A stretch of DNA of 64,000 bases from a bacterium (GTDB lineage Bacteria; Zhuqueibacterota; Zhuqueibacteria; Residuimicrobiales; Krinioviventaceae): NCBI GenBank assembly GCA_963674595.2, contig CAXXFV010000023.1, forward strand, positions 544,001 to 608,000, given 5' to 3'. The notes under the pieces were generated by a model. The model saw only the letters and a program-made list of their open reading frames with translations. It was not told where the DNA came from and ran no database searches. Shown here piece by piece: positions 32,646 through 42,709 of the stretch. The position numbers and the translations under genes are program-made. Numbering within the stretch: position 1 is the stretch's first letter; each line of letters starts with the position of its first letter.

Positions 32646-33752
32646 TCAGGATTTTATTTTCTGACGGTATTCTGATGGTGTTAATCCTGTGGTTTTTTTA
32701 AATATGGCATTAAAAGCTGATTTTGAATTGAAACCACATTCATAACCGATGGCAACAAGGGTCAGGTAGTTATATTTCCTGTCTTTTATTCTTCTTTTTA
32801 CTTCTTCAACGCGATATTCATTAATAAAAGTATAAAAGTTTTTCAACATCCCTTCATTTAAAATCTGCGTTAAATAGTGGCGGGAAATATCCAATTGCTC
32901 CGCCAAGTCCTGGATGGTAATTTCCGGCAACAGATATGGTTTTTCTTTTTGCATGTATTCAAGCAACTTGTTTTGATATTCCATTGCTTCTTTGGGGTCC
33001 AGTCCCGATCTTTTATATTTTGAATTTTTTGCTTGTATATTGGTAATAGAATAAGCTTTAAAAAGTGCGGGTTGTTTAATTCCGAAATAGCTTACCACAA
33101 AAGTAAAAAATGTCAGTCCAATTCGTAAATAAAGATAGGGATCTATTTTTACGGCGTAGAAAATAAAAAGCAAACTGGAACCAAAAAACAATATATATGT
33201 CAATATAAAAATAAACAAAACGACTTTAATCCAGTTGAGTGTTACGCTTTGTAAGGTATGTGAAAAGCGGTCTTTAAGGTGTTCTTTATGCTTTTTTGTC
33301 TTTCTCTGCACAAGCCAGCTATACAGCATAACTGAACAGAGAAAATAGGCTGCAAACAATAACCGGAACCACAAAGCACTGTCTATTTTTAAATATTTAC
33401 TCGTTTGAAAAGTCGGTTGACCGGGGAAGAATATCAGGTAACTGATTATAAAAAATATAAGCGGCAGAGCGTGGCACAAATATTTAATTTTAAATTTTGG
33501 ATTTTCGGAAATCAACATTAAAACATATATATAAAGCAGCGGGGCATAAATCAACGGCAGCATAAGAATGATGGGTGAATGAATAAAAAAATGGTCAATT
33601 TTAATATCCATTAGTGAAAGGGCCATTTCCAGACTGATTAACAGCAGCCAGAGAGCCAGAATTTTATCAGCAATAAATGAAGGCTTTTTAGTAATAACAA
33701 TAAAGCTTGCAAAAAAGGACTGTGACAACCCGATGTATAAAACTGCTTCCAT
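32646..33752 (-). CDS. AraC family regulator with N-terminal multi-TM sensor
   Basis: About 7 TM helices then AraC HTH 'FYTFINEYRV...GFNSKSAFNAIFKKTTGLTPSEY'. Confidence 0.93.
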   Translation of the reverse strand: MEAVLYIGLSQSFFASFIVITKKPSFIADKILALWLLLISLEMALSLMDIKIDHFFIHSPIILMLPLIYAPLLYIYVLMLISENPKFKIKYLCHALPLIFFIISYLIFFPGQPTFQTSKYLKIDSALWFRLLFAAYFLCSVMLYSWLVQRKTKKHKEHLKDRFSHTLQSVTLNWIKVVLFIFILTYILFFGSSLLFIFYAVKIDPYLYLRIGLTFFTFVVSYFGIKQPALFKAYSITNIQAKNSKYKRSGLDPKEAMEYQNKLLEYMQKEKPYLLPEITIQDLAEQLDISRHYLTQILNEGMLKNFYTFINEYRVEEVKRRIKDRKYNYLTLVAIGYECGFNSKSAFNAIFKKTTGLTPSEYRQKIKS

Positions 33753-33813
33753 ATTTCTCCCTCTGTTTTCATAAATTTACAAAAGGGAGAGGGTAATTGC
33801 AACGTTGATTTAA

Positions 33814-33843
33814 CAGCAAGGCTTAAAAAATTAAGCCTTGCTG
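33814..33843 (-). terminator. Perfect 13-bp-stem hairpin
   Basis: CAGCAAGGCTTAA-AAAA-TTAAGCCTTGCTG just after the 33851 stop. Confidence 0.7.
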
Positions 33844-33850
33844 AAACAGT

Positions 33851-34255
33851 TTATTGTATTGTGAGCGTTAATGTCGCTGCTTTCCCAAATGTATTGTTTT
33901 CCAGACTTTTTGATATAATCTCTTTACCGTCTTTATCTATAACGGTAAAGTCAAGATTAATGACCCCGTACGGTGCGTCATAGGGAATGATGCTGGTTAA
34001 TTCCCATACATTTTTTTCCGAATTTTTCACTGCTTTAAGGTAATAGGGATAGACGGCTTCTGCATATTCCCGAGGAATAAAAGAAACCTGTTCTATATCC
34101 AGTTTGGCTCCTGAAAGTTCCATACTTACTTTAATTGAATCGCCCGGTGAGGCGGTGTTTGGTTCCAGGGTTGTACTAATAACTTGCAATTGTTCGCCAA
34201 AACAAATGCCGGAATATAAAATAGCACTCATAAATAATATGACAAGTTTTTTCAT
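33851..34255 (-). CDS. Small secreted Ig-like hypothetical protein
   Basis: Signal peptide MKKLVILF...; GGAG RBS before ATG 34255; beta-rich. Confidence 0.65.
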   Translation of the reverse strand: MKKLVILFMSAILYSGICFGEQLQVISTTLEPNTASPGDSIKVSMELSGAKLDIEQVSFIPREYAEAVYPYYLKAVKNSEKNVWELTSIIPYDAPYGVINLDFTVIDKDGKEIISKSLENNTFGKAATLTLTIQ

Positions 34256-34620
34256 AATTTTTTTCTCCAAAATCATTTGTGCTTTTTAGTTAATTTTTTC
34301 AACGTACTAATAAATGAAAATGTTTCCAAAAAATCGACCATTTAATTTATCAGGAGGTCTTAACCGCCGGGTTTGGACGTTCAAAATTTGAGTAAATCAT
34401 TATCGGGTTAAAATTTGGATAAAATGAATTTTGGTAGATCCGGATCGATAATATTTTTTGTTCATAATGAAAAGTAATTGGAATTTCATTTCCATTTCCT
34501 TATTTTAAATCGGTTCAATTTTTTTAAGAAAACATATATCATATTTTTTTGATTCCCCAGGCAGTAAAGAGAAATAAAACCAGTCCGATATTTTTTTAAA
34601 CATGGATGGTGAGGAATTAA

Positions 34621-35091
34621 ATGCTTCATTTTGACATTCCCGGATTTAAAGATATAACGATTACCCAGGCCCTTTTTGATTATAATGGGACGCTGGCCGT
34701 TGATGGAATCCTGATTAAAGGTGTTGCGGATTTGATGGTCCGGTTATCCAGGCATGTTGATATTCATGTTGTTACTGCCGATACCTTTGGAGCTGTTGAA
34801 AAACAACTGGACGGTTTACCTTGCCGGCTTTGTATTATTCCTTCGGAAAACCAGATGGTCCAAAAATTGGATTATGCGAAAGAAACTGGTTTAAACAATA
34901 CGGTTAGTATCGGCAATGGTAGAAATGATCAGCTTATTTTAAAAGAATCGATTTTAGGAATTGCTATCCTGCAGAAAGAGGGTGTTGCAAAAGAGACTCT
35001 TTTAAATGCCGACATTGTCTGCACTTCAATAATCGACGCAATCGAACTGCTTCTATCCCCCAAACGACTTGTTGCTTCCCTGCGAGCCTGA
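34621..35091 (+). CDS. HAD superfamily hydrolase (soluble P-type ATPase-like)
   Basis: 'FDYNGTLAVDG', 'TADTFG', 'IGNGRND'. Confidence 0.88.
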   Translation: MLHFDIPGFKDITITQALFDYNGTLAVDGILIKGVADLMVRLSRHVDIHVVTADTFGAVEKQLDGLPCRLCIIPSENQMVQKLDYAKETGLNNTVSIGNGRNDQLILKESILGIAILQKEGVAKETLLNADIVCTSIIDAIELLLSPKRLVASLRA

Positions 35092-35208
35092 TTCCCCATG
35101 AACTGTGATATTACTGTTATGCTTTGCTGGCGTTGAACAGTTTTTGTATTATAAAGAATAATGGATATAATTATAATCTGATATTAAACTAAATGACGGA
35201 GAAAAAAC

Positions 35209-36210
35209 ATGAGATATATTTTGTTTTGTTTTTATGCTGTTTGTCTGTTTTTTAACCAGTTTACTTTTGCGCAAGAAACAAACTCAACCCGTCCTGTCGT
35301 AATTGCACATCGTGGTGCATGTGGGTATGTCCCTGAACATACGGCAATCGGTAAGGTTATGGCATGTGCTATGGGTGCGAATTTTATTGAGCAGGATATC
35401 AGCATTTCCAAAGATGACCGGGCCATTGTTATTCACGATAATGTGCTGGAAAATGTTACAAACGTTGAGCAGGTTTTTCCCGACCGTCATCGTGAGGATG
35501 GGCATTATTATGTCGTTGATTTTACTTTGAAAGAGATTAAAAAATTAAATGTCCATGAAAGAACAGACAAGGGCGTTAAGGTAAGATATCCAGGGCGTTT
35601 TCCTGTTTCCGGCGGCCCTGCCTTAAAACTGTTGACTCTGGAAGAAGAAATAGAATTGATTCAGGGAATTGAAAAAAGTACAGGAAAAAAATACGGCTTG
35701 TATCCGGAATTGAAAACTGTTGCCTTTTATACAAAGGAAGGGAAGGATATTGCCAAAATTGTTTTGGATATTCTTGATAAATACGGATATAATAAAAAAG
35801 AATCCAATATTTATGTTCAATGTTTTGAACCGGATGTGCTAAAAAGATTAAGGACTGAATTTAATTGTAAATTAAAATTAATTCAATTGATTAGCGGTTC
35901 CGGTAAAGTATATGATGACATGGTGACTCCTGAAGGTCTGGATAATGTTGCAGCCTATGCGGATGGCATTGGGCCTGGTTTTACACGATTATTACAACTC
36001 AAAGATGGTGTGGTAACAACAACTGACCTGGCCAGGCTGGCACATGAACGTAATTTAAAAATACATCCATATACACTCCGCTATGATTCCCTTCCTGAAA
36101 ATGTTCGGTTTGAAGAGTTGCTTTATGGTTTGTTTTGTGTTGTAAAGGTGGACGGCGCTTTTACGGATTTCCCGGATAAAGTTGTTTCATTTTTAGATAA
36201 AATATATTAA
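35209..36210 (+). CDS. glpQ: Glycerophosphodiester phosphodiesterase, secreted
   Basis: 'IAHRGACGYVPEHT', 'IEQD', 'IHD', 'YPELK', 'HPYTLR', 'FTDFPD'. Confidence 0.93.
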   Translation: MRYILFCFYAVCLFFNQFTFAQETNSTRPVVIAHRGACGYVPEHTAIGKVMACAMGANFIEQDISISKDDRAIVIHDNVLENVTNVEQVFPDRHREDGHYYVVDFTLKEIKKLNVHERTDKGVKVRYPGRFPVSGGPALKLLTLEEEIELIQGIEKSTGKKYGLYPELKTVAFYTKEGKDIAKIVLDILDKYGYNKKESNIYVQCFEPDVLKRLRTEFNCKLKLIQLISGSGKVYDDMVTPEGLDNVAAYADGIGPGFTRLLQLKDGVVTTTDLARLAHERNLKIHPYTLRYDSLPENVRFEELLYGLFCVVKVDGAFTDFPDKVVSFLDKIY

Positions 36211-36233
36211 GCCCTCAATTTGAGGGCTTTTTT
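36209..36233 (+). terminator. Rho-independent terminator
   Basis: aagccctcaa-t-ttgagggctt followed by a T-run, between convergent genes. Confidence 0.8.
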
Positions 36234-36250
36234 TATACCATATTCTGTTT

Positions 36251-37048
36251 TTAATTTTTCATATGTTCTAAAATGAAATCGACAATAGGAGTGGGATCTT
36301 CCAAACCGTGTGGATGATGACCGATCCCTTCTTTGTGTATTACTTTAATCTCTCCGCCAAGTTCTTTATATCGTTGTTCCAGGATTGCTGTGTTTTCTGA
36401 AACCGGTACTGTTTTATCGTCATCTCCAACGACGTGTATTAATGGAATTTTTGCATCTGCCAAAGGTGCCAGATTGTCGATGGGATTACATTTTGCTTCG
36501 ATGGCTTGCTGTTCTGTCATGCCATATTCTTCCAAAAGTAAAAGCCAGTTTTGTGGTTTTACAGTACCTTTCCCTTTTGGCCAGCTTTTAATATCGCATA
36601 CAGGAGCATCAGCGTATATGCAGTGTATTTTATCAGGATTTTTTGCCGCCCAATTATAAATAATGAGGCCACCACGGCTAAGTCCTTCAAGCACTGTTTT
36701 TTTATCAAAATTAAATTCATTTACCAGGTAATTATAATAATCATCCCAAATAGCCACGGCCCTTGGCGATCCGAATAAATTAGAGACATCAATATATGCA
36801 ACATGAAATCCTTTTTCCAGCAGCGCGATCTCTGTTTGTGGTGCGTGTCCGAAAAAGCGGGCGCGCCAAATCCAGGGTTTACCCTTTGCTGCTTTATGAG
36901 GTTCAACGATTGTGCATTCTCTGCCGTTGTACTTGAAATCATAGCGGTTAAAAGAATTATACGTTGATTTTTCTCCTGGGTAATGAGTTGTTTCAGAGGA
37001 ACAATAAAAAAGGCCTAAAATCAGGGTGAGTAGCAGTGTTTTGTACAT
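36251..37048 (-). CDS. Alpha/beta hydrolase (esterase-like), probable lipoprotein
   Basis: 'GLSRGG', 'DDKTV', 'HHPHG'; lipobox-like 'LFYC'. Start placed at ATG 37048 (ORF is open to 37081). Confidence 0.82.
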   Translation of the reverse strand: MYKTLLLTLILGLFYCSSETTHYPGEKSTYNSFNRYDFKYNGRECTIVEPHKAAKGKPWIWRARFFGHAPQTEIALLEKGFHVAYIDVSNLFGSPRAVAIWDDYYNYLVNEFNFDKKTVLEGLSRGGLIIYNWAAKNPDKIHCIYADAPVCDIKSWPKGKGTVKPQNWLLLLEEYGMTEQQAIEAKCNPIDNLAPLADAKIPLIHVVGDDDKTVPVSENTAILEQRYKELGGEIKVIHKEGIGHHPHGLEDPTPIVDFILEHMKN

Positions 37049-37081
37049 AGGAAATCCGTTGGTTTGTGTTTTTGTTAACAA

Positions 37082-37111
37082 TGAAAAAGCCTGATTTGTC
37101 AGGCTTTTTCA
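37082..37111 (-). terminator. Rho-independent terminator
   Basis: tgaaaaagcctga-tttg-tcaggctttttca palindrome. Confidence 0.8.
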
Positions 37112-37134
37112 ATATGGATAATAAATATAAAAAT

Positions 37135-39516
37135 TTATTTTAATAAAATCATTTTTTTCTGTTCAATATTATTACCTGTTTTTAGCTGATAATAATAAGT
37201 GCCGGAAGGTAGATTGTAGGCATTAAAGTTTATTTTATGTAAACCTGTTTGTCGATGTTCATCAACCAATGTCGCGACTTTGCGTCCCAACATATCAAAG
37301 ACATCGAGTTTAACATGCGACGGATTGTTTAGCTGAAATTCTATTGTTGTTTCCGGATTAAACGGATTGGGATAGTTTTGCATCAATTGCAGCTCTTGAG
37401 GATATTGTATCTGTTTGTTATTATTTCCTACATCCGAGCTGCCGCCTAATATAAACGCGAGCGCCAGTATACCCAGTGAACCATAAAAAGTTAATGATGT
37501 CGAATCGCCGTATCCGCTTAAAATAAAAAAGTAAAGAACGCCTGCGAGAATAAATAACATAGCTAATGAAAAGATGCTTTCCAATGTTGGAAATACCCCT
37601 ATAAGCCCAAAGGTGATTCTGGAAAAGAGTAATAGTTGACCAATATATAAAGCTCCACCCTGAGCATTGTCGATTGAAGGTTGTTTATTATTTGTTTTTG
37701 CTGCGTTGAAATAAACAGGAGCATCTATTTCCGGGTTTTCATCCACTGTTCCGATGACGTTCGTTAATATATAATCGTTAACTACCTGTATGCTCCAAAT
37801 TGTACCTTGTCCCGTACGCGTGTTAACTAACTGAGGTGTGGCAATATTTGTTAAATTAAATGCTTCCATAAACCATCCGTTTGCTGTTGTATTGCTGCCT
37901 ATCAATGCCAGTGTATCCTCTACACTAATACACATGGGTATCCCTTGAGTCGGGATTGTTGATATGGTTGCAAGATTGGTTTTATCATTCAAATTTAATA
38001 TTTTAACACTGTTATTGTTTTCATTAACCGAAGAGGCAATAAACGCCGTTGAATGGTTTGAGGAAACGGATAAAGCCCGTGCTTCGCCTTCAACAGGTAA
38101 TGACGCTAAAATTTCTATGTTTTCCGGATCTTCAATATTTAGTATTTCAAATGTTGATGCATCGGCATCGTTATAGCTTAGAACATAGGCCAATGAATCT
38201 TGTGCATAAAGTCCGCGTACATTATCATTTTCAGGTAAAAACAGGCCGGTTTGAGTAATGTTGTTTATATCCGTTGTGTTTAGAAACATTATCGTGTCTT
38301 GGCGAACAGCCAGGATCAATCCGCTTATTGCGCTTAGCCTGGTCAGACCTCCATAGTTCCAATCACTGGCAATAAAGGTGGGAATTTGTGAATCCTGAAT
38401 TTGGTAAAACCATAATCTTTCATCTCCTGCTACTATCAGTGTATCATTTACTGATGTCATATATTGAACAGACTTGGGAGATTCGAAAGCTTCTGCCAGT
38501 GTTGGTTGGGCAGGATCAGAAACATCAATTTTCATAAATGCACAGGATGAATTAGTAAGACCTAAATATACAAACGGGTATTCCACTTGCATGATTTTTG
38601 GTGTCGGCCAGGCTCCTTTGTCAAATTCATAATATCCTAAAATTGATGCCTGAGAGGCATTTTGAACATCTGCAATAAAAAGAGTCATACTGCCAACACA
38701 TGTTAGATATGCTTTATTGTTTTCTATTTCAACACAGCTTGGTGATTTGTATGATGTGATATTGTCTTCTTTTATAAAGGTTGGTATAAAGTTTAATCTG
38801 TTCGGATTCGTTTTATCACTGATGTCAACAATTCCCAATCCGATATCCGGATATTCATCGTAACCCAGATAAGCTGTATTTTGAATCAGGTCAATAGTCG
38901 CTATTTTGGGTGATTCTGTTTTTGATACAAGTTCAGGATTGGCGGGATTAGAAATATCATAAATTATTAAATGGTCTTCCGTTCCAACAAGTAAAGTTGA
39001 GCCGGTTCCTTTTACTGACAATGCATCTTCAACCGGTATTGTTGATTCGAATTGAATATTTTCGGGATCAACGATATTAATAATAGTCAGCACACCATCT
39101 GAGGCATGAAAGGCATATCCATCTGAAAAGGTGACTGTTTGTGGAAACTTGCTGGGAAGAGAAAATTGCTGCCGTATTTGGGGATTGAGTGGGTCTGTTA
39201 TATCAATGGTTTGCAGGGAAGAGTCCGACCATTGGTAAAAAACAAAAAGGGTATTATTTTTAATGAACATAAGATTCGGTTCTGCAGGCAGTTCAAAATT
39301 GCCTTTTGTTTCAAAAGGTGATTTTGAAACATCAACGATTGCAAGCGTTGTGCTTTGTGAAATGTAGGCCAAATTTTCTTTAACAACTGCACAATTAGGC
39401 CAACCGCCAATTCTGGAACGGCTGTCAAGTTCCGGGAGTTCCTGGGCAAAGACAGCATTAAAAAAAACTAATATGGTAAATAAAATACATTGATAAATTT
39501 TAAATAACTTGACCAT
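37135..39516 (-). CDS. LVIVD-repeat beta-propeller protein with C-terminal T9SS-type sorting domain
   Basis: Signal peptide; repeats 'LAIVDVSK', 'LIIYDISNPANP', 'LGIVDISDKTNP'; C-terminal 'NYPNPFNPET...PSGTYYY'. Confidence 0.85.
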   Translation of the reverse strand: MVKLFKIYQCILFTILVFFNAVFAQELPELDSRSRIGGWPNCAVVKENLAYISQSTTLAIVDVSKSPFETKGNFELPAEPNLMFIKNNTLFVFYQWSDSSLQTIDITDPLNPQIRQQFSLPSKFPQTVTFSDGYAFHASDGVLTIINIVDPENIQFESTIPVEDALSVKGTGSTLLVGTEDHLIIYDISNPANPELVSKTESPKIATIDLIQNTAYLGYDEYPDIGLGIVDISDKTNPNRLNFIPTFIKEDNITSYKSPSCVEIENNKAYLTCVGSMTLFIADVQNASQASILGYYEFDKGAWPTPKIMQVEYPFVYLGLTNSSCAFMKIDVSDPAQPTLAEAFESPKSVQYMTSVNDTLIVAGDERLWFYQIQDSQIPTFIASDWNYGGLTRLSAISGLILAVRQDTIMFLNTTDINNITQTGLFLPENDNVRGLYAQDSLAYVLSYNDADASTFEILNIEDPENIEILASLPVEGEARALSVSSNHSTAFIASSVNENNNSVKILNLNDKTNLATISTIPTQGIPMCISVEDTLALIGSNTTANGWFMEAFNLTNIATPQLVNTRTGQGTIWSIQVVNDYILTNVIGTVDENPEIDAPVYFNAAKTNNKQPSIDNAQGGALYIGQLLLFSRITFGLIGVFPTLESIFSLAMLFILAGVLYFFILSGYGDSTSLTFYGSLGILALAFILGGSSDVGNNNKQIQYPQELQLMQNYPNPFNPETTIEFQLNNPSHVKLDVFDMLGRKVATLVDEHRQTGLHKINFNAYNLPSGTYYYQLKTGNNIEQKKMILLK

Positions 39517-39542
39517 ACATCCTCCTGTTTTTTTTATGAGAA

Positions 39543-42500
39543 TTATTCTTTTGGAAAAGTGATATTAAATATTGTTCCGTTTTTTTCAGATATTTTAAGC
39601 GTTCCGTCAATTTGTTCGACAAGCAGGTTAATTAAACGTAACCCCAAAGACTTGAATTTGCTGATTTTTAAATCTTTTTTTAGACCGATGCCATTATCAA
39701 TCACTTTTAAATCATACTTGTTATGCCCGAGTTCTTTAAAAATAATTTCAACCTTTCCCTCTTTTTTGTCCGGAAAGGCATGTTTGAGAGCATTTGTTAC
39801 AAGTTCATTGAGAATTAAGCCAAAGGGAATAGCCGTGTTTATATCCAGAAATATTTTATCAACATCATACTTTATAGAAATTGATCTGTTTGCATCATAT
39901 ATATATACCAATTCTTTTGTTAATGATTTAATATACTCAAAAAATTCTATACTGGAAAAGTCTCGGGATTCGTAAAGTCTTTCATGTATTAATGCCATAG
40001 AATGTATACGATTAACGCTTTCCTTGAATGCTTCATTTACCTCACATTTTTTATCCATGGCCATGGATTGCAGGTTTAACAAACTGGTGATAATATTTAA
40101 ATTGTTTTTAACCCGATGATGGATTTCCTTGAGCATAAATTCTTTTTCTTTCAGGTTTTTTTGAAGTTGAATTTCTGCCTGTTTTTTTTGGGTTATGTCC
40201 TCAAAAATTGTATAAACATTATCCGGTTTTTTTGAATTAGGCTGATATTGTGGAATGGCGTTGATATTTATCCATATCCATTTGTTTGTTGTTTCATTAA
40301 ATAATCCCATAACCTGATTTTTTACTTCTAAACCTGTTTCAAGCGCTATTATTGCGGGTTGTTCTTTAATAAGGTATCTGGAGCCGTCTTGATGAATTGT
40401 CTTAAACATGGAAAATGGAGATTTATTTTTTTTCATGTCTGCCAATGGAATTTTTAATATATTTTCAGCCGCAGGATTAACGTTTAGAATTTTTCCTTTC
40501 GAGTCCTGATAGATGACACCCTGTGTCATTGTTTCAAATAACATTCTGAAATTTTTTTCATTTTCTCGAAGGGCTTCTTCCGTTAACATTCGTTCTAATT
40601 CTGCAGATGCCCGGTCTGCAAATGCTGTGAAAATTGATTTTGAAAATTCTGACTTTAACATTGGCTTGTCATCCAATGCTACCATTATGCCCAGCGGTTG
40701 TCTTGTATTGTTAAAAAGGGGAATACCCATATAACTTATAATTCCCATATCAGACAAAAGTTTATCTTTGGGAAATAGAGTACAAATATCATTTTCGTAG
40801 ATACATATTGTTTTTCCAATAACATTTTCACAAGGTGTGTTTTTCAGGTTATATTCCATATTTTCTAATATGGTATTATTTTCACACAATGCAATTGTTT
40901 TCACAGTGTCTTGCTTTGTTCCTGTCACTTGTCCAACGAATACATGGCGAACATCCAATACATTTGAAAGTCCCAGGATTAAATTACGGAAAAACATATC
41001 GCCTGTTGCGTGCTCTGTCCCTTTTAAAATGGTTTGCAATGCCAGCTCAGCATTCCTTTTTTCTGTAATGTCGGTAAGAATGACAAGGCATCTATCATAG
41101 ATGTTTTGTTCGTTTTGAATTGGTTGGATCTGAGCAGAGAACCACATTTTCTCACCGCTGATAACTGTTTCATCTATTGATGAGATTGTAGTGCCGGAGT
41201 TAATAGCCTTTAAAATCATTTCCATTTGTATATCAGCAATGTGTTTGGGAAATATATCCCACATGGTTTTTTCAGCAAAATTGGTCGGAGTGCCTCCCAG
41301 AAATTTTGCCGCTGCAACGTTCATAAATAAAAACTGTCCGTCTTTATTTATTGTAAAAATCGGCTGGATAGCTGAATCAACTAAAATTCTATATTGTTTT
41401 TCGCTTTCAATAAGAGCCTGTTCGGCGATTTTGCGTTCTGTAATATCTATAACCAGTGCATACACACCGACAATTTTTCCCTTGTCGTTTCTGTGCGGTG
41501 TTAGTGTTGCCTGAGTACATTTTTTTCCAAGGTTTGGCGGCTCCCAATCTAACTCGTAGGTTGTAATTTGGCCGTTTAATGCTGTTTTGAAATATGGCAG
41601 GATGTTTTGAAATACAGATTCTCCGACTACCTTTTGCATATGCTTATTGATTATATTTTTTTTAGGGATGTTAAACCATTCTTCATATTTGTTATTTACA
41701 TATTTATATTTCATGTTTTTATCAATATAGGATATCAGCGCGGGCAGCGAGTTTGCAATAAGGTCCAGCTTTTGCTTTTCATTAGAGAGTTCTGTCTCGA
41801 TCCTCTTCCGTTTTGTAATATCTGTCATTGTGCCAATCATTCGGACCGGTTTGCCCTTATTATCTTTTGCTACGATTTTTCCCCTTTCCAATACCCATTT
41901 CCAGGTTTTATCTCCGGATTTAATTCGATGTTCCTGCTGCCAATAGGGCAAATTCCCTTTTAAACATTTATGTAAGGACGCCAGGACTTTTTCTTTATCA
42001 TCCGGGTGCAGCCTTGTTGCCCATAAATCATAAAACGGTTTCTCAGATTCTGCGTGAATCATTTTGAGCCATGCCGGGCTATAATAAACAGAACCATTTT
42101 TGATATTCCAATCCCACAAACCGTCCGCTGTTGCGTCCATTGCCAGGCGATATTTTTCTTCGCTCTCGCGAAAGGCTTGTTCTGCTTTTATACGGTCCGT
42201 AATATCCAGACCTGAACTGAGTGTCCCGGTAATATTTCCAAGCTTGTCTTTAAGGTATGAATTATGCCAGATGATTGTTTTTTCTTCACCATGTTTGGTG
42301 ATTATAACATTTTCATTATATTCTACAGGTTTAACAAGACCTTTTATGATTTCGGAAAAGACTTTTTTTACATTTTTTTGAACGGAACTCGGCAGGAAAT
42401 TTTCGAACCAGTTTTTACCAATGATTTCATCTTGATCGTATTCCAGGATTTCGCAGCCTTTTGGATTGATACGGCTGACATTTCCATCCAGATCGAGAAT

Positions 42501-42572
42501 AATAAACATGACTCCGGCAATGTCAAAGAGTGTCTCTGGTGAAATAATAAACGACTTTTCTTTTTTGTTCAT
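39543..42572 (-). CDS. Soluble multi-PAS/GAF sensor histidine kinase (HisKA_2 type)
   Basis: About five PAS domains and one GAF; 'EIHHRVKNNL', 'NELVTNALKHAF', 'DNGIG'. Confidence 0.93.
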   Translation of the reverse strand: MNKKEKSFIISPETLFDIAGVMFIILDLDGNVSRINPKGCEILEYDQDEIIGKNWFENFLPSSVQKNVKKVFSEIIKGLVKPVEYNENVIITKHGEEKTIIWHNSYLKDKLGNITGTLSSGLDITDRIKAEQAFRESEEKYRLAMDATADGLWDWNIKNGSVYYSPAWLKMIHAESEKPFYDLWATRLHPDDKEKVLASLHKCLKGNLPYWQQEHRIKSGDKTWKWVLERGKIVAKDNKGKPVRMIGTMTDITKRKRIETELSNEKQKLDLIANSLPALISYIDKNMKYKYVNNKYEEWFNIPKKNIINKHMQKVVGESVFQNILPYFKTALNGQITTYELDWEPPNLGKKCTQATLTPHRNDKGKIVGVYALVIDITERKIAEQALIESEKQYRILVDSAIQPIFTINKDGQFLFMNVAAAKFLGGTPTNFAEKTMWDIFPKHIADIQMEMILKAINSGTTISSIDETVISGEKMWFSAQIQPIQNEQNIYDRCLVILTDITEKRNAELALQTILKGTEHATGDMFFRNLILGLSNVLDVRHVFVGQVTGTKQDTVKTIALCENNTILENMEYNLKNTPCENVIGKTICIYENDICTLFPKDKLLSDMGIISYMGIPLFNNTRQPLGIMVALDDKPMLKSEFSKSIFTAFADRASAELERMLTEEALRENEKNFRMLFETMTQGVIYQDSKGKILNVNPAAENILKIPLADMKKNKSPFSMFKTIHQDGSRYLIKEQPAIIALETGLEVKNQVMGLFNETTNKWIWININAIPQYQPNSKKPDNVYTIFEDITQKKQAEIQLQKNLKEKEFMLKEIHHRVKNNLNIITSLLNLQSMAMDKKCEVNEAFKESVNRIHSMALIHERLYESRDFSSIEFFEYIKSLTKELVYIYDANRSISIKYDVDKIFLDINTAIPFGLILNELVTNALKHAFPDKKEGKVEIIFKELGHNKYDLKVIDNGIGLKKDLKISKFKSLGLRLINLLVEQIDGTLKISEKNGTIFNITFPKE

Positions 42573-42709
42573 ATTATCACCTTTAGGCGGGTTTAGACAG
42601 TTTTTGTTTTATGGCTGTAAGAGAGTAGAATTTTATGTTATTATTCTCGCCATGAAATTATCAACTTTGGTCTACACATTATTGCAGACCAAAGCTGATA
42701 TTAGTTTCA

